Below are positions 12,482 to 24,581 of a DNA stretch of 64,000 nucleotides, piece after piece. Where the stretch lies: assembly GCA_030704615.1 (NCBI GenBank), contig CM060732.1:9052001-9116000 (forward strand). Direction: 5' to 3'. Position 1 is the stretch's first letter; the number at the start of each line of letters is the position of its first letter. The position numbers and the translations under genes are program-made. This stretch comes from Takakia lepidozioides. Its lineage: Eukaryota > Plantae > Bryophyta. Under the pieces are notes generated by a model, which saw only the letters and a list, made by a program, of their open reading frames with translations, searched no databases and had not been told where the DNA came from.

Positions 12482-12675
12482 ATTGGGCGTTCCAAAAATT
12501 TACCTGAAACACATACGTTTTGAAGAGGTTTACTATTTCATGAGCAGAAACCATGAGCCATGAGCCTAGTGCAATTCTACAAAGTGTTTGCTTACATGAC
12601 AGTGTTTAAATGAAATTTCATAATCTGGGAGTTTTGAAAAAAGCCTGTTCATCGTATCCCAATTTATGATTTCAT

Positions 12676-14670
12676 TTGCGTTCACAGGGCTACATTACAT
12701 CCGACTTTGAAGTGGAGGCTGAATGTAGCCTAGAGAGTGTTGCAAACGACGTCAATTTGGATGGACAAGACGGCAATGGGCTACGGGGCCAGATTGCCCG
12801 TGCTGTGCAAGATGCATTTGAAATATCAGATACCCTCCGGGAGAATCCCACACCTGCCCCAAATGCCCTTCACTTGGACAATGATGAGGCTGTTGAGAAT
12901 GGTGCAAATCCCTCTGAAATGCCTGATGGGGAAAATATGGGCGGAGAAGAAGCAGGCGCGCCAAATGATCTTCACCATGGAAAACTCATGCGAGAGTCCC
13001 AAATCCCCTTATACGATGGGAGCATTCACAACCGATTGACTGCCACATTGATGTTGCTCAATTCTTGCGCCACTCACAGATGTACCAACGCATTTGTGGA
13101 TGAGTTATTTTCATTGTTGAGGCTGGAGATTTTGCCCAAACAAAACACCTTGCCCAAATCGCAGTATGAGGCCAAAAATATGATCGCCATGATGGGTCTA
13201 GGATACAAACAGATCCATGCCTGTGAGCGTGGATGTGTATTGTTTCGTGGAGACCTCAAAAAGGCTGCTAATTGCCCCAAGTGCTATAGTTGTCGATACA
13301 TGGACGGCCGTGGGAAGGTGCCCAAGAAGGTGTTGCGATACTTTCCTCTCATACCTAGATTGAAACGGATGTTTCGAGTTAAGACGCTGGCAGAGCTCAT
13401 GAAGTGGCACAACAATCATAGAAGTGCAGATGGCATGGTCTGGCATGCTGCAGACAGTAAGGCTTGGTGCCATATTGACAACACATGGCCGGATTTTGCT
13501 TCAGATCCAAGAAATCTGCGTCTTGGATTGGCACTGGATGGGGTCAATCCTTATGGCACCAAATCCACTTCTTGGTCCACCTGGCCCATCATGGTGCTCA
13601 ATTATAATCTACCTCCATGGTTGGTAATGAAGATTTTTTTTGTCATGTTAACACTCCTCATTCCTGGAAAGGAATCTGTGACAAGTGAAAATGTGGATGT
13701 TTACCTGCAACCACTAGTGGAGGAGCTAACGACATTGTGGGTGGGAGTTGCAGCCGTGGATGTGGCAGCCATTGAAGGAGAGCGGGCTTTTAACATGCGT
13801 GCAGTCCTCATGTGGTCCATACATGACTTCCCCGCCTATGGCTTGTTATCAGGTCAGGTTCACCAAGGGTACTCTGCTTGTCCAGCATGTGGACCTCAAG
13901 TCGATTCCAGATATTCCCCAGCTTGTAAGAAATTGATATTCCAGGGGCATCGACGCTATCTTCCCCACAATCATGCCTATAGAAGATCCAGACTTTTTAA
14001 TGGGGCGCGAGACATGAGACCTGCTCCACATACAGTGACAGCCACTGAAATCAAGGAGCGTGCACGACATTACAAACAATGGATTGATGATGGTGGGACT
14101 GTAGGCGCACAGAACGATCCCTCCAAGCTCCATGGCGTAAAACGATTGTCCATTCTGTTTGACTTGCCTTACTGGGAGGTGCGATTACCACACATGTGTT
14201 TTGGAAACAAAACAGTGCATTGGTTTTTCATTGTGCATGATTGTTTGTTTACTGAACCTGTGCTGTAAACATCATTCATGACTGCATTGCAATGTGCCTA
14301 ATTTGTTAGACCACATGGTGCAGCATCTTATCATCCGCCACACTTTTGATACCATGCATTGCGAGAAGAACGTGACGGAGAACATAATCAAGACTATTTT
14401 CGGCGAGAAGGACACGATGCAAGTTCGCCGCGATATGGAATTGCAGGGCATTCGAAAGCCTCTTTGGTTACGACGCCATCCCATCAGAGTGGATACATTG
14501 GTAATGCCTGATGCGCCATATGTGCTCACAAAACCAGAGCAGCGGGTGTTCCTGGAGATTATCACGAATCTGAAAGTACCCACTGGCTATGCCTCTGCTT
14601 TCAAAAAACATGTGGTCAAACAAAAGTTGAGCCAATTGAAGTCACATGATTATCACGTGCTAATGCAATA
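12676..14670 (+). pseudogene. CACTA transposase (Transposase_21/Tnp2), two exons, 3'-truncated
   Basis: IHACERGCVLF...PKKVLRYFPLIPRLKRMF...DPRNLRLGLALDGVNPY...WPIMVLNYNLPPW...DVYLQPLVEEL...WSIHDFPAYG...LPYWE, then an intron, then HTFDTMHCEKNV...PTGYASAF...LKSHDYHVLMQ and an abrupt break. Confidence 0.92.
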
Positions 14671-15160
14671 TCAAGCGAATTACAAATCACCAGTGGGTGA
14701 CAATGGGTGCACATGTCTATGCGCATCACCTCCATTTCTGTTTGAGGGTCCCATTTGCAGAAAAGAACAAAGCAACCCCCATCGTCTAGTAAATGTCCGG
14801 ACAAGGCGAGAACGTAGTTCAGAATCTGCTCTCGCTTCACATTCCATGGTGGAATCCCAACAAACCCAGTTTCAGGCACCTTATGACTATCAGGAATATC
14901 TACCAGAATAAGATCTGCTCTTGTCTTAATGGAATCCACTGCAAGGGAACGCCGCACAGACTGTCTCAAGGGGCTGGGGTGTTTTTTCAGAAAAGTAGAG
15001 AGTCGAGACCGACTTTGTTTCTTTCGACCATGGTGCATTCCCTCCTCTCGTTTGTAGACGCTGGACAACAAGCTTGTAAAAATCACAGGCCATGCAGATT
15101 ACCTCTGTAGCAGGAACTATCTCTTGCAACAGCCGCGCCTCCAACGTATGCATCCGTCAG
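14670..15160 (-). pseudogene. Third divergent fragment of the amino-MTase-like cargo (N-terminal catalytic-motif half)
   Basis: RADLILVDIPDSHKVPETGFVGIPPWNVKREQILNYVLALSGHLLDDGGCFVLF...LVICNSL matches ATDLVVLDIPDGFPVPDVLPSNSIPTWN...NKFLSDSGALLL...WTCINTL. It is truncated at about the point where the convergent CACTA transposase is truncated. Confidence 0.75.
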
Positions 15161-15399
15161 AAGAATCATCTGTCCGCCTCCTGTGTCTGTGCCTGTTCTT
15201 TGAAAGGCGTGTCGTGACAATGAGTGTTGCCTTCTCTGTAGGTGCATATTCGTCAGTTGGTTTGTAATGGCTTCCTCGGTTGCCACCGTTGAAGGACCGT
15301 TATTTCCCTGCTCGCCCCCCTCCCCAGTTTCTTCGTCATGGTTTTGTCCGCGTCTCCCCCGTGTGAGAGCTCCTGGAGAAGTGTCGATCTCCGTACGCG

Positions 15400-16056
15400 T
15401 CACCTTCTTTTGCTTCTATTTGGACAAGGCTTCATATCCGCCTCCATGAGGCCCAAACATACAATAACAGCTCTGCCCAGCATCAGTGGCTGAGCTCCCG
15501 AGTCCAACAAGACCCGCAATGGCCGGTACCTCTTGTCTGCCGGTCCACTCAAAGAGAAAATGTCATTCTGGTTGTCTAACAAGACAACTCTAGGTGTCAC
15601 CATGACGCGCTCAATGGCTGGCCTAGCTGGCAGCTCCGTCAACCTGACAGCTGCAACTTGCCATGGCGCAACCGTGGCAGTCTTGACCCTCAAATCCGAG
15701 GATCCCTCCGCCACTACACCTTCCACTAACTCCGCAGAAGATGAAGTGACTTCCCCACTCTCACAGAGTGTTGCTGCTAGTCTGAACATTGCAGCTGGTC
15801 TTATCCCCGGCGTCGCAATCATGGTTGCCGAGAATAGTGGGGCCTGACACACAGAGGTGGCCGTCCCCAACAGCACACTGGCTGCACTAGCCTTGGCAGT
15901 AGGTATTGGTGATGCATGTGTAGCTCTCCCCAATGGCACAATAACCTCCGCCTCGATATTCGTCAGGCGAGAACTAGGTGCCATGGATGGCATCGACACT
16001 GTCTCTGCCAAATGTGAATGATTGAGACAGCCTGGCCTGACGGCTTGCCTCCCCAC
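15400..16056 (-). pseudogene. Ty3/Gypsy gag-protease fragment
   Basis: Retropepsin active-site motif RPLRVLLDSGAQPLMLG. Confidence 0.7.
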
Positions 16057-17309
16057 GCTGTGGATCTAACTCCACCTCTGCTAGTTCTGTTTTCAGTGCA
16101 CATGGTGCTACTTACAAAAGTATTCGATCAGAAATACAGGGTGATGAACTTGTGCCCTTAGATTGTGTTTTGAGGAGCCAGATTTTGGGACAACAATGCT
16201 ATTTTGTAAATCTGACTGGCAGTTGTTTAAGAGAATCTCCTTTTACATCTGTTGTTGTCTTCAGTGCCTCTGTTATGTCATTTGCACTTTGTTACTTTGT
16301 TCTTTCTTGTGAATGATGGTGTGTTATGATTTTCCAAATAATATTAAAAACCAAAATTTGATGCCACACGTCCAACCCAACAAACCACTTTACAGCAGGC
16401 ACCATGACTACACAACATCGCATGGGAATGACTTTAAATACATTTAAAATTCAAAATAAACTAATCATACGATGCCACGTGTCCAGATATCAGCATGTTG
16501 ATAGTCAGGATAATGACTGCAAGGCCTCCTCATAATATACCACGTGTCAATTTTTGGAGACGCCATATGGCGCACATCCACGAAAACCACCTGGACTTAT
16601 TAAAAAGAGACACATGTACAGTTTGTAGCAGCACACTAAGTCATGTATGGTAGAAGTACATATGACTGCCAAATGATAGTGAGATGTACAATCGGGTGTA
16701 CTGATTCATGTGACAGAGCTCTGGATGGTATGTGCATGCTTGCATTGGCCTCCTCTGCGCGTACCTCTGCACCTGCTACAACAAGGCTTGCCTTTTCTGA
16801 GTTGCACACCCCCTAAACTGAGTAAGCTGTGAGAGGAGAGGAGAATATCATCTAGGCTTAAAATGAGGCTTTACAGGCCGATTGTCCCACTGTGAGAAGG
16901 CTGCAGGGAGGTACGTCGGAAATTGCCATGTGTGTAGTGTGTCGGTATACAGCCTCGTGCAGGGCGCTCATTCCGCCGCTCCTCGAAACAACAATTTTTT
17001 TACCACCTGGACGGCTTAGATTGAATATAATGGATGGTTCACATTGGAGGAGGAAGCTCACAAACCATAACCGATTTTTAGAGCAGACTCGCTGATGTGG
17101 CGTGTTTCTACTGGATTTCAGGAGGGGTGCTATATGGTATTCTACGACCTACTAGATATTAACTACCTACCTACCTGCTACGGGGATGAAAACTTCATAT
17201 CACAGCTCCAAATGGATAGAAAACGTGGTGGTAGGTACGTACAAGGGTAAACTGACTGGCTCGCTGCCCTAAAATAATTGGCTCGCTGCCCTAAAAACCG
17301 GTTATGTCC

Positions 17310-17436
17310 GGTAGCGCTCGAGAGGAGCCCCTGCTACCGGAATAGCAGGTCGCCATGACATCTCGCCGCTAACGCGGCTCGGTAGGTCCTGGCTCCCTGC
17401 TATATCCGGTAGCAGGGGCTCCTCTCGAATGCTACC
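17310..17436. repeat. 127-bp fold-back element (MITE-like or pre-miRNA-like) upstream of the NDT gene
   Basis: The left arm ggtagcgctcgagaggagcccctgctaccggaatagcagg.. is the near-perfect reverse complement of ..cctgctatatccggtagcaggggctcctctcgaatgctacc. Confidence 0.8.
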
Positions 17437-17670
17437 TAGTCCGTAGGTAGCTGGAGAGGAGGAATCTACAACACCCATTCTGCACTACTTCATTTTTTTT
17501 TGCCGCAAGGCGTGACTAGCAGACGACCACCTCCCAATTCCATTCAGGGCTGTATATCCGTGCGATGAGTGCAATTCCTTTGCTTCCTTGTTTCCTCGTC
17601 CTCCATGAGACACAACTTTCGCGCATGACGCGGTAGACTTACGCACCCTGGCAGACTTGCGTTACAGCAC

Positions 17671-20600
17671 ATGAGAAAGTGGATTGAAGACATGCCAGAG
17701 GAGCAGCGATCCAAGCTGTTCAATGCTGCTGCGGGTGCTGGCGCAGGTTTTCTATTATCCCTTATGTATCCGTTGGTTTTCTGGGAGTCATGAAGACAGA
17801 GAGGAGACGGGGTGGAGTTGCCTTTTTCTCCCAGCTTCATACCTACACAATTGAGGGGAAGGTGGCTGTTTGACATCAGATTGTACAAATGCCATCTGCA
17901 TGCCAGATGCATGCAAGCTGGAACTGTAGAGGGGTACAGCTTAGGGTTGTTTTTCTAGGGTGCTTGCATTATGCCGATGACTATATAATGTAGCTCTATT
18001 TCCCGAAGGCACTTTTCCTGACTTAGGTAATGCCAATGTGCTGAACTTGCATGAACTACTGTCCCAACTAACGGTGTGCACGTGACTGGGGCTTTGAGAA
18101 ACTGCTTGCGATACCTTCACTGCCACTCTTACAAGCATCCGCGCCAGATGCCGATCCCGCGTAGGCAAAGTGTGGTTTTTGGTTTGCAGTCTGGCATGTG
18201 ATTATTAGCCAGATTTCTCTACTGTAGTAAGTTCAAGGCAGTAATTATTTTGTCCAGTCTAGATTTCTGTGTGTATGAAGTGAAGGGTCAGAGTATAAAC
18301 CAGCACAGAAGGGCCATAGTTCAGTGAGAATTGATTTTCTGGGGCACTTTGGGATGGGTTCAGGAGCAATAGCTGCAACTTTTGTGTGCCCCCTTGATGT
18401 TGTTAAGACTCGTCTACAAGTTAATCGCCTCCCTACAACTGGCAACATAGGGATCAAAGGTAGTGTGATACATGGTTAATGAATGCTTAGTTATAAAATT
18501 TGGTCATGCAGCTGGAATCTTCACAATGACATTAGTCCTTGTGGGGGAAATTTTAGTTTGAGTGTATGATACTGGTGTGGATGGAATAACAACCCTCAAG
18601 AAATTCAAATTGGTTTAGCAGTGTCTCTTATGGTTTGACAGAATCATATGTTGGGATGCATATGGACTTGGTTCAGACCTTGATGGGAATCATGCCTGGA
18701 TCTTAGTTCTTAATGAAAATTCTAGTCTTTTGGTCTGTAGATTTCATCTTACAAGTCTGTTGGATATTGCAGGTGGAGTTATATTGGGAAGTTTGGGGCA
18801 GATTTTTAGGGAGGAGGGTGTAAGGGGTCTTTATCGTGGGTTATCTCCAACCATGGTGGCTTTGCTCCCGAATTGGGCGGTCTCTCTCTCTCTGTCTCTC
18901 TGTCTCTCTCTCTTTTTCCTTGAAATGTGGATATGTTCTGTGTAACAACATTCAAGAACTGCGTGATCCCTGTGGCTCTTTCTCCATCCTTGAATATACA
19001 GGACAGTTAATGATGGCAAACTAATACATGATATCTTGTGCTAGGCCCTGTAGCAGCAGCACAATAGAGTATACATGTACACCTTCTACATGATCCGGTC
19101 AATGTACATTGCTCTCTTGGCTGGTCTACTGTACCAAATGCCTTCTATCAGCATTAGGAAACCTGAAAATGAGAGGCTTGTGAGAATTTTTTTTCTCTCT
19201 CTTTCCTCTTGAATGTTGCTAAGATCTTTATAGACAGCATTGAAGAATTGCCTGATCCCGTTATTCTGTTCAGATTTTTTTTGTCTAGAATGCAACGGGG
19301 TGTTGGATAATGGGATGGTCACTAGGGTGATTCATTAGGGTTCACCCTAGAAGTCTTAACCTAAAGCTGCTGCCCTATATGGTTAGTATGCTTGACCACT
19401 CTCCTCATTTGGAAGAGGAGCAAGCAAGCTGAAGGAGCTGACTACATTATGGCTACAAGCAAGGTATCCATTCAGACTCCTTCAACACTGTGATGGGCTG
19501 CTTAGTATGGCATCACAAAGAGAGTTGACACTATGAGGAACTTACATGAACTTGACTAAGCTCTACTCTGGGGATACTTGTGCAAAACCAAGGGCTTCTA
19601 TATGTGCCCTTGCTTGAGTACTTGGTCTTCGTTTTGGGAATAGGTGCTTGTTGTCATGCTTACTTTCATGGACTTGATTAGCTCTACTCTGATTTTATGA
19701 CTACTTTCGTAAACCGAAGACCTTTATGTGTCCCCTTGCTTGAGTACTAGGCTCTAGCAACACCTTCCTTTTGGGAATGGGTGCTTACTGACATGAGACC
19801 ACCCCCCCTCCATCTGGAGCATGGGCTGAACCGAGCTCTGTACCTATGTTGACTGAAATGGCTGAAAGCACCTCCCTTACCTCTCCTCTCTTTGCTAGTA
19901 TGACCTGTGGCAGGGATGACATTGATAACAAATGTGAAGTGGTTTAAGCCTGGGGTCCACAGGGATCACTAACCTGTTGGTTGGTTGGTTGCATGTGATG
20001 GATCCAGGTGATGCCACTTCACCTTCTATTGTTGCAGGAAATGCTACTAAGGGCAAGAGACTAAGGGATTGAGGCTTTGAGCTCTCTCAAACCTCAAATC
20101 TGTTTGTATGTGTTGGTTATGTACACATACTACTGCTGTTTTTGCTCTGTTTGGTTTGATGATCTACCTACATGGAAAGAGTTAGTTTGAAGGAGACAGT
20201 TGTGCTCCTCCTACTACTACTGTCGCTTCCTATAATATGACAGTGAGGAGGGAGATCTGTTCCTTAGAAAGGCCTACCTAGTGTGCATCTGCTTGCCACT
20301 TCGTACACCGAAAAACTTGTTTTCCAGCAAGGTTATGTAAAGGGAGGTATGGAGGTAGATCTGGGTAGAGACAGTTTGATGGTGCCTAGATTAGGCTCTC
20401 TGATGTCGTTAAAAAGAGGCAAACACAGCACATCGTGCTTAGTGTTTCCTTGTCTAGCTTTGACATGCTATGTGAATCTCTCTCTCTCTCTATATATATA
20501 TATATTCGGGGTGAGTTTGGCATTCCTCCCTTAAGCTCCCGATGAGATGAATTCAAGGTCAGATGGTGGGGTCAGCTGCAACGTATGACTAATATCAGAT

Positions 20601-23600
20601 ATCCTACGTTAATCGACTCTATACCTTGGAAGCAGGATTGCCCTCCTCCTACGGAAGAGGGTAGGAGAGATTCTCAAGGATCTAATCTAAGTCCGCAAGT
20701 CTTGACCCTGCTGGATAAATCTCACTTAGAGGCTGTAGTGTCCAAAGCCATGTCTGTTGCCAGGAAATTGACGTTAGGCAATTTTTCCCTGAACTTGGTT
20801 CCAGTCTGTGACATGGGGGAGGCCATCATGGATGACCTCAACGGTTTTCCCACTCTCGGCACCAGACTGAAATTTAAACTCGGGGCGGGAAGCCTACCTT
20901 TGAACAGCAAACGATGCAAAGAGGAAAGGGGGATTGCAAATGCCCGTTGTGTGAGCAACCTGAAGACAATATGCACTTTCTGATTCATTGTCCTGGGTAC
21001 TCTCACCAGAGAGACGCTCTCTTCAAATCCATCGAGGGATTTGTTCCTGTACCTCTGTTAACCAACTTTGAAAATCTCGAGGCTGAGCCAAAAGCCCAGG
21101 CCCTTTTGGGGCCTAGTTATTGGGTAAATCACGCACAGCAGATTAATGCTTGTGTAAAGTGATTTCTAGAGGATATCTAGAAAACTCGGATCAATTGTCT
21201 GTTCCAAGGTAAGTCATACTACGAGCATCAGCCCCTGACAAAGGTAGTTTCTGTCCCTTTGTGTTCCGCTCAAACTGCGCGCGGGGTCAATGGCCACAAA
21301 GCTACGGAAAACGTCTTATGAGTACATTCTCTCTCTCTCTCTCTGTGGTGTGCCCTGCCTTGTTGCGGTTACCATGCTTACCTTGTTTCCTGGGTCTGGC
21401 AATTTCTTATCTTATCCTCATCTTCTGTGCTGTCCCTGCACATCTGGAGCCGTTCATGACTTACTTGACTATGCTACAGAAATTGGTTCATCCTTCATTG
21501 CAACTCTTAAAGTAGAGCCGATTAATGACATCACAAAGGTTCAGAACAGGGTATCTTGCTTATGCTTTTGTAGCTTCCCAGTTTTTGCTAATCAGCTGCT
21601 TTGTGGTCATGCGTTGTTCTTTCCATACTGTGAGGTGTTATCCTATGCTACATCCCCTTGTTGTTTTCTTTGATCTTTAATTTCCTGTCCTGTATATCAT
21701 CTGGAGATCTACTTTTTGTGTGGGAATAGCCTAGCAGAATGGATTCTCTTGGATTCTCTAGTTGCTTTCTGTGACTGTGATCAACAATTGGAGGTGGAAG
21801 AAGGATGTAGTGGTGGTGATAGTATGAATTGCCTACTCTTTGCAGGTTTACTTCACAGTGTATGAGCAGCTGAAGAGGTTACTGCAGTCAGAACAGGCTC
21901 CTGCTCATGGTTAGTTGTGATCCCTGCAGCTTTATGCTTTGCTTGGGTTCTGTGGTGGGTCATGTGTTCTCTTGCGACCCTGTAGAAAGAGCACGTTTTG
22001 AGACAGGTCTCATGCTGAGTTGCTATTTTAGTGTCAGCATTTCAAGATGTGTGATGCCACAACATATTGAGTCCTCTGGGATCAGGTTGCCCTCATCTCA
22101 CTCAAGTGACACTCTTCACCCTTCTTTCGGCAAATGGGTTTTGGTACTGACATTTATGGATGAATATTTGCTGTGGAGGCACAACCAGCAAGCACTTAAT
22201 TAGACGTGGTCATTTTTAATGAATATCAGTATGCTCCCTGGCTGCTCTACGGTGGTTGAAGTTAGGCAGCACTGTCCAGACATCCAATTTGGCTGCTATA
22301 GGGCTGTAGGTTTGTAATACTGTTTATTCTTTACTGCTGCTCTTCATTGTAACCACCCATTTTTTTGGTGTCATATTGCAGACCTAGAGTATGCTACTTC
22401 TACAGGGCTTCTTCTGTGATCTATTGACAGCTATCAGTGGCTAACATTGAGTCCTTTTCATTGAGGTTAATAGTGGTCTTCTTAAGAGGTCATTGAAATC
22501 CTCAAGTGGCAGTTGAAGGAGGCCATGGAGGGACTTCAAAAAATCATCACAGGATGTCGCTAGGTGCCAATGTCTTGGCAGCTGCAGGGGCTGGGGCTGC
22601 TACAATTGTTGCCACTAACCCTTTGTGGGTTGTCAAGACCCGACTTCAAGTGAGTTCGTCTGATGTTCTCTTACCTTCACACTTTTCCCTTCTCGTGGAT
22701 TTGCATGTGACTCGTTTGATACTCATGTGGCATAGTTTATCAATCAACTCTGCCATGTGAATGAGGATCAAAGATGTCTTGTGCATCTTGTTGTGGGTTG
22801 TATGTTGAACCATTCCCTGTCATGAGTCAACTTAGCTGGGATTAAATTGAGAGATTTGTCTACTTATACCTTTCAGTGTGTTTCAGTCAGCTTGGAAGTG
22901 CAAGTGACGCTTGATTGGGCTTGTTCCTGTGCAGACGCAGCGGCTGAGACCTGAATTGGTGCCCTACAAGAGCACTTTTTCTGCTCTTCATCGAATATTT
23001 CGGGAGGAGGGTATCCGAGGGCTTTACAGGTCTTCTAGAACCGAACCCGCTTTTACATGGACCCGTTGATTGTGACCTTCTTGTCTTCAAAGAGTTGTAT
23101 GATGGGAGTTATCTGGATACTTCGACTCAGATTGATCATCCAGGATTGGTCGTTGTGGATTACCACTGTTTGTACACTTTGTAGAGTAACAAACATGCTT
23201 CATTGACGATTCTCCGGTGATTTTTGAGCAGTGGACTGGTACCGGCACTAGCAGGAATTAGCCATGTGGCAATTCAGTTTCCTGTCTATGAATACATGAA
23301 ACAATATTTTGCCGATAAAGGTACTGTCCTGCTTTATCCATGAATTACCAGGTTTTGGGACAGGGTTTATGTTGGCCTATGAGCAAGTCATATACATGGC
23401 AAGGAATGTCTTAGGGGAGTTGATGTGGTTCAAGTGATTGGAGGTACTTAAATTAGAAGAGGGGTTAGGTTAGGAAGGGTATGTGTCTATTGTGGTTGCA
23501 TGGTATCATCAGATTGTGGGGGTCCTGTTTCAACTGAGCTGCTCCTGGCTGGTATAAAGATAATGCATAGAGCAATTGCAGGGACAGAGGGGATCTTGTA

Positions 23601-24581
23601 GAACTCTTTAGTTGGGAAGGAGGTTCAACTCTCTTTTTCGTTTTCTATCAGTTCTTGAAAGTCCAATTGCCCACATGAAGAGCGTTGGCATGCTTGGTTG
23701 TATATCGCAACTGGTATTGTCGTTCTTCGAGGATGACATCAGCTGACACTCCCAGTGCCGTTGATGTCTCTTTCTATGTCTCTTTCTATGGCCCTCTCTC
23801 TGCTTGGCTAGGAAGGTGATGATGTCCTGTGATAGTTATACAAGTTAGTGTTATGCTCCGTTGTGCTTTTCAGAGGGAACAACACCGGAGAGGTTGAGTA
23901 CAGGGCATGTAGCGATTGCATCGTCAGTGTCCAAGGTCATTGCGTCCACTCTCACCTATCCTCACGAGGTGTGTTCTCCTACCCTCATAGACTTGCATGT
24001 TTCTGCTCCCAGATAACTTTCTTGTATGGGCAGCTTGCACATGTAACGGCATGCTGCCCATCTTAGCTAACTTGTGATGATCATCACAAATTTGTGCCAA
24101 TTGTGGCACTCTGAAGTTTCCTTTGTTATTTTTGGGCTCTTGGTTCCTTTAGCTTGATGAGTACTCTGTATGGTAGGTGGTACGATCAAGACTGCAAGAG
24201 CAAGGACACTCTAAGCTGGTGCAGCTGAGGTACACAGGTGTATTGGATTGTATTAGGAAAATATCAATGGAGGAAGGCGTTGCAGGATACTATCGTGGCT
24301 GTGCTACCAACTTGATGAGAACCACTCCTGCAGCTGTCATCACTTTCACAAGCTTTGAGCTAATTTTGAGGCATTTGCAAACCATCTTTCCTCCAAAGCA
24401 TGTCAATGCCAAGTCTCAACCAGGACCGTCAGGAAATGCTCCTGAGGAAGTAACAGAGCAGCAAAGTGAAAGCATGCCACTCCCACCTGCCGACAATGAG
24501 CCGGTATTCAAGCAGCATCGTGGTGCTTCCAACAACGGTTTGTCTCTCTCCCACAATGATTCTTTACCAGCAAGACGATGA
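17671..24581 (+). CDS. NDT1: Mitochondrial carrier family NAD+ transporter (NDT1/NDT2-like), 9 exons: 17671-17746, 18364-18459, 18773-18879, 21846-21909, 22507/22513-22649, 22935-23029, 23232-23320, 23874-23968, 24177-24581
   Basis: The spliced product reads [31 protein letters not shown]...[41 protein letters not shown]...[15 protein letters not shown]...[11 protein letters not shown]...[18 protein letters not shown]...[23 protein letters not shown]. It has three carrier repeats, and all introns are GT-AG and in frame. Confidence 0.95.
20505..21343 (+). mobile_element. 5'-truncated copy of the LINE at 59-63 kb, inside NDT intron 3, flanked on both sides by (CT)n
   Basis: Matches the reverse complement of ~59071-59900 (gagtttggcattcc...ttatgagtacattctctctctctc) and encodes [14 protein letters not shown]...CPLC...HFLIHCPG. 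Confidence 0.9.
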
